A stretch of DNA of 64,000 nucleotides from Antedon mediterranea. Lineage: Eukaryota; Animalia; Echinodermata. Position numbers and translations under genes: made by a program. The notes under the pieces were generated by a model, which was not told where the DNA came from, ran no database searches, and saw only the letters and a list, made by a program, of their open reading frames with translations. The stretch is from the NCBI RefSeq assembly GCF_964355755.1, contig NC_092678.1, positions 21,283,365 through 21,347,364 on the forward strand, given 5' to 3'. Positions 12,652 to 23,983 of this stretch are shown here, piece by piece; positions within the stretch are counted from its first letter, which is position 1; each line of letters opens with the position of its first letter.

Positions 12652-14819
12652 CAGGGCTGCAAATTAACTTTTTTACTTGGTAGCACTATCAAATTTGTAT
12701 GATGGCTCATAATAATTTTTGGTAGCACCACCAATTTTTTTAGTAGCACCTTTTCATCGACAACTAACCCCTTTCCCTCAAACCCCATTCCGCACAGATC
12801 CGTTTTTAGTAGTTGGGGGGGGGGGGGGGAGTGTATAAAAATGAGAGCCCCCCCCCCCCCCGCGCTGGGGGGGGGGGGATTTTTAAGTAATTATAGGTTG
12901 TTTCAATCGATTTCTGAGCTCATAAATTGGGTTATGCACATTTTAGGCACTGGTTCTGATGCGCCACTTATATTCACGCAAGATCTATTCTTTTTACGGT
13001 ACAGAAAGAAATTACTGGTTTGTATGTAACCTTTCGTAGCCTACCCGTAAATAGATCGTAGGTCATTGTTCTCTAAACGTATCCTGCAATTTACAAAGTA
13101 CTGTTCGTTGCCTACGATGTATTGTTGTTTATGATAATATCTATGCGTCGATACACCAATGTCATCGCCTTTAATAGGAGCATGAACAATGGAAACAAAC
13201 ATGTATTGTTGGCTAATTAAAATCCTAGAAGACGTTAATTTTTGTAGCCGCCCTACACATCGATTGTCCTAATTTGACAGGACATCCGCCGACGAGACGA
13301 CATCGGACCCCGAGGCCCTCAACTCACGCAGAGAGAGTTTCGGCGGCCTACATGATTCAATCCGGCCATTCAACCCTACCTTGGTTTTTAGCGAATTATA
13401 AAAACAACAACACCTTGGCTAGGACACCAACAAAATATATGCAAAATAAATATATATTCCATGAAGATTTAACATAGGCCTTTGTAAATTATTATATTAC
13501 GATAAAAGGCCCGACCAGAATTTGGAGGGGAAAAACGTGCGAATCGTGGGAACAGTTTAGAGCTGTATTACGTTTCATGTGACGCAAAATTCAGGTACAA
13601 GTACTGTACTCTGTTTTGTAGCCACGCGAGAGGTTTGCGGTGGTAAAACACAGAGTATCGCATTTCATGACATGTGACCAAAAAACTAGGTCTGTATTAA
13701 TTACGGTCTTCTGTCGGCAGTCTTTTTGAGCGACCGATTGAACGTTCTGATCAGGGAGTCTTATTTTACAACTCCCTGTTCTGATACTATATTTAGAATG
13801 AATTTTTTACGATATTTTTGTTTGCATATGTTTTTGGATCGACTGGACGTTCGCTATATTATTTTTATTAGTTGGCATAGTTCATTGTGTTGGATCGTGT
13901 CTCTACGTTTACATTGTGGGAAATTTATATTCGCCGCTGAGAGTAAAAAAACACACGAATGAAACATCTACGAATAAAAAATATTATATTATATATTTCT
14001 TAGTAATGTACAAATTGGTCCTCCTCCGCCAGTCAAAATTAACACATCAAATAATAATTTTCACACCTTGTTACTTACTAAGAACATCGTGAGGTTGTTT
14101 ATTGAGGTTACTAACGAAGCCAAACAATGTAACCTACAAAGCCAACAACGTAGCCTGTTTTATCTACGAAGCTACTTCGTAGGAAAGTTGCGGTATTTTC
14201 TCTGATATATAATTTTCGATAATCAGAATCTGGAATAAAGTATTAAATCTACCGATAAATAATACTGCTGTTTAATCTATATAATGAATAGATATTATTA
14301 TATATATTATACTGCCTAAAAATGCTGATGGCTGCGCGGCGACAATCCTTTGTATCTGCCGCGCCCGCCCTGGCTAACTTCTGTGTACGGCGGTACAATT
14401 GTTTTTTTATATTCCTTCTTTAAAACGGAGGTGATTTTCCACGAGGTTTGTGTCGTCCGCGCGTCACACTGTGCTGTGTGTTTGGTGTCCTTTTGTGTGA
14501 TTGGGTAAGGCAGCATGCAATAAATGGACGAACTTCCAATCACAACGAGTGTAAAATGTTTAGGGGCTTTGTACGCTTGAATGAACCTAACTCCTTTGCG
14601 CCGGCGGTGACTAGTGGAAACTCCTGAGCCTTCCGTAGTAGAGAGATTAAATTACAACACAGTGTTTGAAATAGGGAAAACACACCTAACTTCAATTTGA
14701 AACAACTCGCACAAGCAGACGATCTTGTCGCGCCATGCGCGACCTATTCTGTTTCTTTAGTCGCAAACAGAAAAATTAGGTCGCAAATGCGACCAAATAC
14801 CCCTTAATTTGCAGCCCTG
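12652..14819. mobile_element. Non-autonomous hAT-like DNA transposon with 5-bp TSD
   Basis: Perfect 16-bp TIR CAGGGCTGCAAATTAA. TTTAT direct repeats at 12647-12651 and 14820-14824. Subterminal GGTAGCAC and GTCGCAAA repeats. No transposase ORF. Confidence 0.85.
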
Positions 14820-15019
14820 TTTATCATTCAATACTTAGCTATTAATAATAATTTAATATATGAATATATTGCATAAACAATTAATACAGTATTAATTTTT
14901 TAAATAATATTGTATTAATTTATTTAATTATATTATATAAATTGATTGATGAGAGGAAATCATGTGTTGAGATAAGAAAAAAAGATCAGAGAAAACTTCC
15001 CGAATATGTCTGACCTCTC

Positions 15020-15047
15020 TCATTGGGCAAAGGAAGTGTGACGTCAG
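15020..15047 (+). promoter_or_regulatory. Clustered CCAAT (ATTGG), ETS (GGAAGTG) and CRE (TGACGTCA) motifs; probable ancestral NF-YB proximal promoter
   Basis: Sequence CATTGGGCAAAGGAAGTGTGACGTCA lies about 45 bp before the transposon insertion site. Confidence 0.5.
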
Positions 15048-15093
15048 CCATAATGTGTATCTTGTCATCTGAGTCGCGAATGGCTATTGTAAG

Positions 15094-17457
15094 CAAAGAT
15101 CGTATAGCGCCACGTAGTGGCGCAAGATATGGAACTGACGCTCGAAAAATGATAATTCCATGGGCAGCCATTCCGGCAAGCGGATTACCCAGTAGGCAAT
15201 GCGGCACGCCACCAAATCAATGAAAACAAATAGGATTTACATCTACGCGATAAACAGTACGACTTTATTTTATCTTTCGCGTCAAAATGAAAGAACATCT
15301 ATATAAAATTCGATTATATAAATTTACTCCATTTGATATTACACTTACATATGCGTATATCACTGTCCAACCTCAAACGGCTACAGAATAAACACTGACT
15401 GTATGGAGGACGAATTTTGTAGGCAGTCGGTTGAGGCATAGTTATAAATAGTGTCGCGGGGCGCAGCGCGATGCTACGCACTTCACGCCCAAGGTCGGCC
15501 GCGTTTGGCCTAGGCTGGGATGATGGCTTAGTTTATGTGCGAGAGAAGCATTTTTTTGGAGATGAATTGTAATAATTGCCAAATATATTGTCCAAAACTG
15601 TCTTTTTAATTTAAAAAAAAAAAAAATTAATGGGCAGGGGGATGTTCTTTCCCCTGTTCGGACCCTCTCTTTCTATTTTGTGTGCTTCAGGCCTACAAAG
15701 TTATTTCATTGCAAGGGGAATTTTACTACGATCTGCCACAACTGTAGTATACTGTACAAACATTACTAGATACAAAAACAATTGTTACATTTTTTTAATT
15801 TCAAAAAAGTAAAAGTATTAAATATTAATTTTAAAAATTCATATTCATAATTTGTTCTTTTCAACCCACTTTTATTAGCTCAACTTTCAATATTACAGAC
15901 AGGATTAAAATGCAATAAAAATACTGAAAAATCTCACTTTATACAATATTAATAAATAATGATGGAATAATTAAATACACTCAATAAATAAATTACGAAT
16001 GTATGGTTTTAGCCTTCTTAAATACAAGGAAAATTCTATTATTTTGATTTCTTGTATTACAAAAGAAGCCAATAGGCCTAAACAACAGTACTGATAATAA
16101 CTGAATTCTGGTTATTTCCTTTCACTTAAAAGTATGAGGTGTGTGAAAATAGTGATTTTATTTGTAATCCCATAGGATACTGCTCCTTTTCAAGAATCAA
16201 AAATATAAACTATTATTACTATTGAAATATAATTGTCCATCAGTTCTGGCCTTTGTATTTAATTCTTGTGTAAAATACCACTTTGCACTCAATCATCTAT
16301 CTTCTCAATTTTACAGTATGATGACAGACTTATATCTTTCTGAAATAGGGAAAAATATATCATTAAATTATTAGGTCACTTTTCGAACTGTTACATAATC
16401 ATTTGATTACTTATTATAGTATTTTAAAATACTATACATTTTTAAATTCAAAACAAAAGTCAATATACTATTTATTAATAATTGTAAGTATTCAAAAATG
16501 TTTACATTAATTAACTAAATATTTTTCAAATAAAGATGAAGAACAAAATAAATATGAGGATCAAATTTATAATTTAAATTTATTAAATAAAAAAAACAAA
16601 CAATTCATTCATTCATAATAACATTTATTTCTTATCATTTCAAAGTAAACAAAATAACAATTTAAATATACATAATTAAGAGGCAACACCCAGAAAGTAA
16701 TAACATTTGGAGGTTTCCCTCCAAAAAAACTTGTGACGGGTAGCCAGTTAAGAAATTGTAATCATATTGGAGTTTAAACAAACAGAAACAAAACAAGACA
16801 AACAAACATGTAAAGCAAGACAACGACAAATTAACAACAATAACAACATCCTCACGATTTTTGATTTCATTACATTTAATTATTTCTGTTAATGTTATTA
16901 TTAATAAAACGCTATATTGTCTTGTACATTTTTATTAAAAATTCCTAATTCCCGAACAGCTTCAGTTTTTTTCTTAATCTTCCATCCATCCAAGCCTTGT
17001 TTGATCCATCTATCATCAAGACGCCAATCAATATCATTCATCCTCCCAGACTTTTTTTTATTAATCATACTAACTAAACTAGGCCTAGTATTCGGCATTA
17101 AATATGCCCAGGCCTACTACTACTAGTACTAGGCCCTAGATCGGATTGCGCAGAAACGCCTGCCTGAACTAAATTTAAACAACAATTTAATAATTTTGTT
17201 AATGTTTACTAACAAAAAAATATATATTCTAAAAACTTACCACTACAATTTACCCAATACAACACGAGAAAACTTCCCGAACAAACAATAACACGTCACA
17301 CGTGGATGTGGTTCAATGGTTTATTATACACTTCCGGGGTATGTGATCGCGTAACTTGCTTGCCGGAATGGCTGCCCATGGAATTTCACTCATGCGCAGT
17401 GTATAAGAGATAGGAGTTCCCTATCTTGCGCCACTTCGTGGCGCTATAGTATCTTTG
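15094..17457. mobile_element. Non-autonomous TIR transposon (P-like or hAT-like) with 8-bp TSD, just upstream of NF-YB exon 1
   Basis: CAAAG..CTTTG termini, 39/43 identical TIR, and a perfect 28-bp inner inverted block (15154-15181 vs 17358-17385). TSD ATTGTAAG at 15086-15093 and 17458-17465. Confidence 0.88.
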
Positions 17458-18535
17458 ATTGTAAGTCATCAGCTCACCAACCACTGAACAGCGAAGAAAA
17501 CCGTGCGTTTTTACTGGTTATCGGCCCTATCGAGCCCTGAAAAGACTGCCGAATCTCAACCAACCAGTGTTGTCCTCTAGGCCCAGAGACTGTAAGTATT
17601 GGACCAATAGTTTTATGGATTTATTTTCTGTGGTTTTAAAGAGTCCGCGGGATGGATTTAACTATCAATTTTGCTTCTTTTGTTTGATGAATTTACCTTA
17701 ATTGTAGGAAAAATACCAACGCCATTTTGAAGAGCTGAGCAATGTCTCTTTGTTTGTCCTTCTCCGCCGCCTGTTGGTAGCTGTGCAGCCCAACCAACTA
17801 CCTAGCCTAATGAATGAGTAGGCTTTGACTGAGGCCTAGGCCTACCTAGGCCTAGTAGTAGTTGTAGGCTAGAGGCCTTGTAAATTGTAGGAGGCTACCG
17901 TACCTAGGCCTGGACTCACTACAAAACTATGATTTAAAAATACAGCGTAGGCCTATATGTGCGGGTGTACTAATCTTTGTTTAATCTTGTGCATTTTATT
18001 TTAATAATTAATATAAATAATAATAATTTAAATAAATAATTTAATATATTATTAATAATGCATTTTAAAGCATCAATTATAACATATATTTTTTTTATAA
18101 TAATATTATTATTAATAATAATCTGATTATTGTATTGTAAGTCTGAGTAGGACAATTGAATAACAGAATAGTCCTACCTACTCGGTAAAATAAAGCCTAA
18201 TAATAAATTAAGCTTGCACATAAGCGCAACACAAGAGAGTTGACCAATGACAAGCAACAGTTTAGATAATCCATCGCTTGCATTGCACCCCAGTGGGAAC
18301 CAAGCATTTAGTGGGCCTACCTAGTAATAATATTTGTGTACATTGTGTATAGCATGATTTTTAAATTGCGAAAAATGTCTTGTATCAATTTTTTTTTCTC
18401 TGCACACATTTATAATCAATAAGAAACAGACAGAAATATTCCAAGTTTATATCTTCCTTTTTAGGCTCTACTCTAAATGTAGAAAGCACAAAGTATACAA
18501 TGTTTTTTTTATTTTTTTTACTGAAGAAAGCCAAT

Positions 18536-21500
18536 ATGGAGTCTTCTGAACAATCAAATGATAGTAGTCAAGTTCTTGGAATTTCTGGTGACTACGCACT
18601 GGCAACTGCTGCTGCAGGAATCTACCAGAATGCTGAAGGTATATAAAGCTATGACTACACTATCAAACTTTATGTGACAAAAATGTGTGATGTTCCCACA
18701 TAATGGTAGTGATATGCCCAATGTGGTAGTGATAGTCATGTCTATATATGGGCACTTCACATAAGGTTTGATAGTGTAGACAGAGTTTCCTCAAAATAAA
18801 ATAGCAAAATAGCTTTATTTTCACAAATTTTCATGCCACAATTTAGTTTAACAACAAAACATTTGATAAAACAAAGCCTAATTATTCAAAACACCTAGTT
18901 TGTTTGTCCAAGTGTCATAGAGTTCCCCACCCCATGGAGTCCAGTTTTTCTTACTCGTTTCCTCGTTTTTATTTCAATAATAATATGTCGTTCTTTTATA
19001 CCACTAAATGCACAAAGCCTCTTAAGTGCTTCACATTATTACCCCCTCCCCCCTCCCATCATTTTTTGGCTGTTAACTCCACTGATACTCAATAATAATT
19101 TTCATAAGCTGTAACAGGTAACAATGGTGATGATACTATATCCGTGCACACCTTGGATGAGGAAACGACAGAGAAACAGTATCCACCGCTAAGAGAACAG
19201 GATCGGTTTCTACCAATTGCTAATGTTGCAAGAATAATGAAGACTTCCATACCGCCCAATGGAAAGGTAAATTATTCATATAGTTCTAACATACAGTTCT
19301 ACATTTTCTATGAATTCCAACCAGATGAAAAAAAAACAATGTTGTATGTATATATTTTAGAAGGATGTAGACAAAATAACGTAATGTTTAAAGGAACAAT
19401 GTATGGACACAATATTTTTTTTTACTATAGTAGAAGTCCCTCCCTTAGAAAATCCCTATCAGGAGACCGCTATTGTATTTTGTCTTTGCTAGGTTTCTAA
19501 GGAAGTTAAGGAGTGTAATATAATGTTGTCTTTGCTAGGTTTCTAAGGAAGTTAAGGAGTGTGTAATATATGTTGTCTTTGCTAGGTTTCTAAGGAAGTT
19601 AAGGAGTGTGTAATATATGTTGTCTTTGCTAGGTTTCTAAGGAAGTTAAGGAGTGTAATATATGTTGTCTTTGCTAGGTTTCTAAGGAAGTTAAGGAGTG
19701 TGTAATATATGTTGTCTTTGCTAGGTTTCTAAGGAAGTTAATGAGTGTAATATATGTTGTCTTTGCTAGGTTTCTAAGGAAGTTAAGGAGTGTGTAATAT
19801 ATGTTGTCTTTGCTAGGTTTCTAAGGAAGTTAAGGAGTGTGTAATATATTTTGTCTTTGCTAGGTTTCTAAGGAAGTTAAGGAGTGTGTAATATATGTTG
19901 TCTTTGCTAGGTTTCTAAGGAAGTTAAGGAGTGTGTAATATATGTTGTCTTTGCTAGATTTCTAAGGAAGTTAAGGAGTGTAATACTGTATATTTTGTCT
20001 TTGCTAGGTTTCTAAGGAAGTTAAGGAGTGTGTAATATATTTTGTCTTTGCTAGGTTTCTAAGGAAGTTAAGGAGTGTGTAATATATTTTGTCTTTGCTA
20101 GATTTCTAAGGAAGTTAAGGAGTGTAATATATGTTGTCTTTGCTAGGTTTCTAAGGAAGTTAAGGAGCGGTAATATATTTTGTCTTTGCTAGATTTCTAA
20201 GGAAGTTAAGGAGTGTAATATATGTTGTCTTTGCTAGGTTTCTAAGGAAGTTAAGGAGTGTGTAATATATTTTGTCTTTACTAGGTTTCTAAGGAAGTTA
20301 AGGAGTGTGTAATATATTTTGTCTTTGCTAGGTTTCTAAGGAAGTTAAGGAGTGTGTAATATATTTGTCTTTGCTAGGTTTCTAAGGAAGTTAAGGAGTG
20401 TGTAATATATTTTGTTTTTGCTAGATTTCTAAGGAAGTTAAGGAGTGTGTAATATATTTTGTCTTTGCTAGGTTTCTAAGGAAGTTAAGGAGTGTGTAAT
20501 ATATTTTGTCTTTGCTAGGTTTCTAAGGAAGTTAAGGAGTGTGTAATATACTTTGTTTTTGCTAGATTTCTAAGGAAGTTAAGGAGTGTAATACTGTATA
20601 TTTTGTCTTTGCTAGATTTCTAAGGAAGCTATAGGAGTGTAATATATTTTGTCTTTTCTAGATTTCTAAGGAAGCTAAAGAGTGCGTTCAAGAATGCGTG
20701 TCAGAGTTCATCAGTTTCATCACCAGCGAGTATCCTTTCATTTGAATGAATGCGCTGCTTGCACAGCATTTATTATCAAATATATAAAAATATTTAAAAC
20801 TTGTTGTTGTACACAACCAAAGCTCTTGAAACCTCTGCTAAACTCAATCGCTCTCTACACTATCAAACTATTGTGACAGAAAAGTGTGATGTACCCAAAT
20901 ATGGTAGTGATATGCTTAAATATGTCCATATATGGGCACAGCACATTTTTTTGTCACATCAATTCAGAGCTTTAGCAAATGTCCTTGGTTTTGGAGAGTT
21001 AATTGCTAGATTTAGAAGGTGGTTGTTTTGATATCAATATAAAATGATAATATCTTAGCATTTAAATATTTTTTAAAACATTTGGTTCGGTTTTTTAAAA
21101 TTGCTTGTAATTTCTTAACCACTTCGTAAGAGCAAGTGAACGATGCCATCAAGAGAAACGAAAGACAATCAACGGTGAAGACATCTTGTTTGCCATGTCA
21201 AATCTAGGCTTTGATAATTACGTTGAGCCTCTGAAAGTTTACCTTCAAAAATACAGAGATGTAAGAACTAATTTATTATATTCGTAATAATTAATTACAT
21301 AATAATTATTATATATTACAAATTAATTATTATATATTACAAATTGGTCAGATTTTTGCTCTACTTGTTATTTATGATAAGTACATATTAATTTTTTTTA
21401 ATTCCTGGGTGGGAATCGAACCGACGACCTCCAGATCACTAGCGTGCCGTTCATACCTCTAGAAATTGCATACAAATGTAATACGGTATAACCATATTTT

Positions 21501-22270
21501 CCAGAAATAGTAAATATATATAGTAAATTATTAATTATTTTTTAGTCTGTAAAAGGTGAGAAAAGCAGTGGAATGACTGCTGCAGAACAACCAATTATGG
21601 AAGAAATGAGTGAAGAATTTAGTAAGTTTAACAAAACTCATTCTCATTTAAATTAGTTTTTTGTTTTATTATAAATTTGCTCATATTGGACTTGATGATG
21701 TCATATCACTATATTTGGGCATATCACTACCATATTTGTGCTCATCACAGTTTTTTTGTCAAACAAGTTTGATAGTGTAGACAGCATTTTTGATAGAAAC
21801 GCTAGGCCAGATTATCATTTTTAATTAATCATTAATATTTTTTTCTTAGATACGACCAATCTTATAGGGACTGATCAAACGGGTCAACAGAGTGCGATGT
21901 ACACATACACCAATCAGGTTTGTATAACGAAACTTTTAAGGTCACTTTCGGGATGGTAGATCGAAAAAACGATGTAATGTAAATGTACACAAATGATTAA
22001 TCTGTGCAAGTGTAGAAGCCCAGTGGGTTATATATACAGTAGACCACTTCCTTTGGGCGACACTATTAAGGGGACAATCCAATAAGGGGGAATTTCCCAT
22101 AAAACGAATGAGGGGGTGGGGGGAGTTTAGCAATGTGGTAAATATTACACCCAACCCCTATTTAAGGTACAGCCCTGGTCTCGAAGGTGTCTCTTTATAT
22201 TTCATTATCAGAATGTTAGAACATTCTTTTCTTAAAATTTGTATATTTTTACCATTAGATAAACTTCTAG
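18536..22270 (+). CDS. NFYB: Nuclear transcription factor Y subunit beta (histone-fold)
   Basis: Coding exons 18536-18638, 19109 (or 19118)-19266, 20662-20729, 21131-21260, 21546-21621, 21850-21917, 22259-22270. Histone fold [20 protein letters not shown]|[23 protein letters not shown]|[22 protein letters not shown]. Probable non-coding first exon ending at 17591 (GTAAGT donor). Confidence 0.95.
18648..18785. mobile_element. Family A MITE, 10 nt after an NF-YB donor
   Basis: CTACACTATCAAACT..GTTTGATAGTGTAGACAGAG termini. Confidence 0.82.
19474..20685 (+). repeat. 45-50-bp minisatellite derived from an NF-YB 3' splice site plus exon start (25 copies plus the true exon)
   Basis: Unit TATGTTGTCTTTGCTAG|GTTTCTAAGGAAGTTAAGGAGTGTGTAATA versus the real junction TTTTGTCTTTTCTAG|ATTTCTAAGGAAGCTAAAGAGTGC. 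26 occurrences of TCTAAGGAAG counted. Confidence 0.95.
20730..21130 (+). other. U12-type (minor spliceosome) GT-AG intron in NF-YB
   Basis: 5' splice site GTATCCTTT. U12 branch consensus TTTCTTAAC at 21111-21119, ending 11 nt before the exon, with no polypyrimidine tract. Removal restores ITSE|ASERC. Confidence 0.9.
20850..20972. mobile_element. Family A MITE inside the U12 intron
   Basis: GCTCTCTACACTATCAAACT..ATATGGTAGTGATATG..CAGAGCT. Confidence 0.75.
21400..21462 (-). mobile_element. tRNA-derived SINE head fragment
   Basis: Minus strand reads ..GATCTGGAGGTCGTCGGTTCGATTCCCACCCAGGAA, with a Pol III B box and T-arm. No full cloverleaf. Confidence 0.6.
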
Positions 22271-22505
22271 TCAACATGTATAGTGTTCTTTGTTTATGAT
22301 AATGTGGACAAATGATACAATGTTCAGTGCGAGTGTTCTATCAGTATTAGACCCACTGTTGTGGTACCATGTTGGTGAAAGGGACTCTTTTGCACAAGGA
22401 GAGCATCAAAGCCCCTTTTCAACACCATCACCACACAGACATGAAATAAGCTGAAGATGAAAGTATGCATCAACCTCAATCTGTCTATGTAGTATCTTGG
22501 TCAAC

Positions 22506-22632
22506 TTAAGCGGTCAAGCATTTTCAAGCATCACAAGCGGTTAAGCAACACGAGTGTTCAAGCTTCACAAGCGATCAAGCATCACAAGTGGTCAAGCATC
22601 ACAAGCGGTCAAACATCACAACGGTCAAGCTT
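22506..22632 (+). repeat. About 17-18-bp degenerate tandem repeat in the NF-YB 3' UTR
   Basis: Repeated AAGCATCACAAGCGGTC variants. Confidence 0.8.
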
Positions 22633-23983
22633 AAAGGAAGACATGTTAAACTGTTGCTGATAGAAAATTTTACACTAGAAGCACGATAGGAACCTTATGA
22701 ACGCTGACTTTACCAATAGCTACTTCCGAACAGATCAACAGCTGATTGCTTAATAGTTGTTGAGCTGACTGTCTGACAAAAAGTGAATAAATAATAGGAC
22801 CAGATTAGGACAAAAAATTTGACATAATTTATGGAAAGACATTGAAGAAATTTCAAAGCCGTTTCTATTGGGCATAATTTTAATTACCTACATTAAATAC
22901 ATTTTTTTATATATTGTAAACTTGAAATTAATGTAAATATTAGCTGGTGCTTTGTTTTAAAAAATAGTTGTGTAAAAAAATATGTTAGTGTGGCTTTGAA
23001 ATGAATATGCTTGTAATAAAATTAAAACCATATTTTTGTTAGGCGAAAATTACTGATAAACAGGATTCTGCTGTATTAATATTTATAATACAGTAATTGT
23101 TTTGTAAACTTTGACCTGTATAATTTAGTACATATAAGTACACTTACATTGACATGACTCACTCCCTCTGTCATATTTTATTTAAAATAATTTTATTACA
23201 TTTTGTGCTTTAAAACATTGAATCATGAATTTATGAATTTTTTTTTTCATAAATTTTTTCTAAATCATTAAATTACAGTATTTTTTTTAGTAAATCAATG
23301 ACTTATTAATCTATACTGCTATTGCTAAATTATCATTTAACTATTTTTAAATTTACGTATTTGTTTTGGGGCGGGGGAATAATTTGGAAGGGTATTCATA
23401 CTCTACAAAAAGCTCTACTGGAACAATGCATGGGGTACCTGAAAATAGAATTACAAAAGTTAGTGTCAAATAAAATGCTTAAAATAGAATGAAAAAGTTT
23501 GTCAAATAAAATGAATAAAATATGTTGCTTACAGTAAAGTATTGTAAAAAGAAAAATAATAAAAGCGTTTTAATAATTGGAAATTGTTGTATGTTTTATT
23601 TGCATTCGATCAATAAATGTGCAGTATACGAACCTATATACATTGTCATTTTATATTATTATTAGGCCTATGCCGGATATAGACTTTCAATTCATCTACC
23701 AGGAATACAATTTCTGCATACAATATGACATGTTCTTGCAAAATCAGTCAAGTTTCTATTGTTTTGTCAATTTAAAAATCATGAAATTTATTGTTAAAAT
23801 ACAAACTTGTCACAAAAAATACCAACGCCACTCTACCGAAACCGGGAACCATAATGCGTAGTTCACCTGCGCAGAGATCAAAAGTGACGTGGCTTATTAT
23901 TGCCGTGTGGGTAAAAAGACACGTACGAAGGGAGTCAAAATTGTGTAGCCTAGCTAGTATAATTCATCAAATTACGCGAAACC

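Noticed and set aside
12652-17457. Transposase genes within the two large TIR elements
   Set aside because: Only short ORFs under 80 aa with no DDE, BED or THAP motifs. Called non-autonomous.
19474-20685. CRISPR-like appearance of this and other short-period arrays
   Set aside because: No unique spacers, no cas genes, and a eukaryotic intron context.
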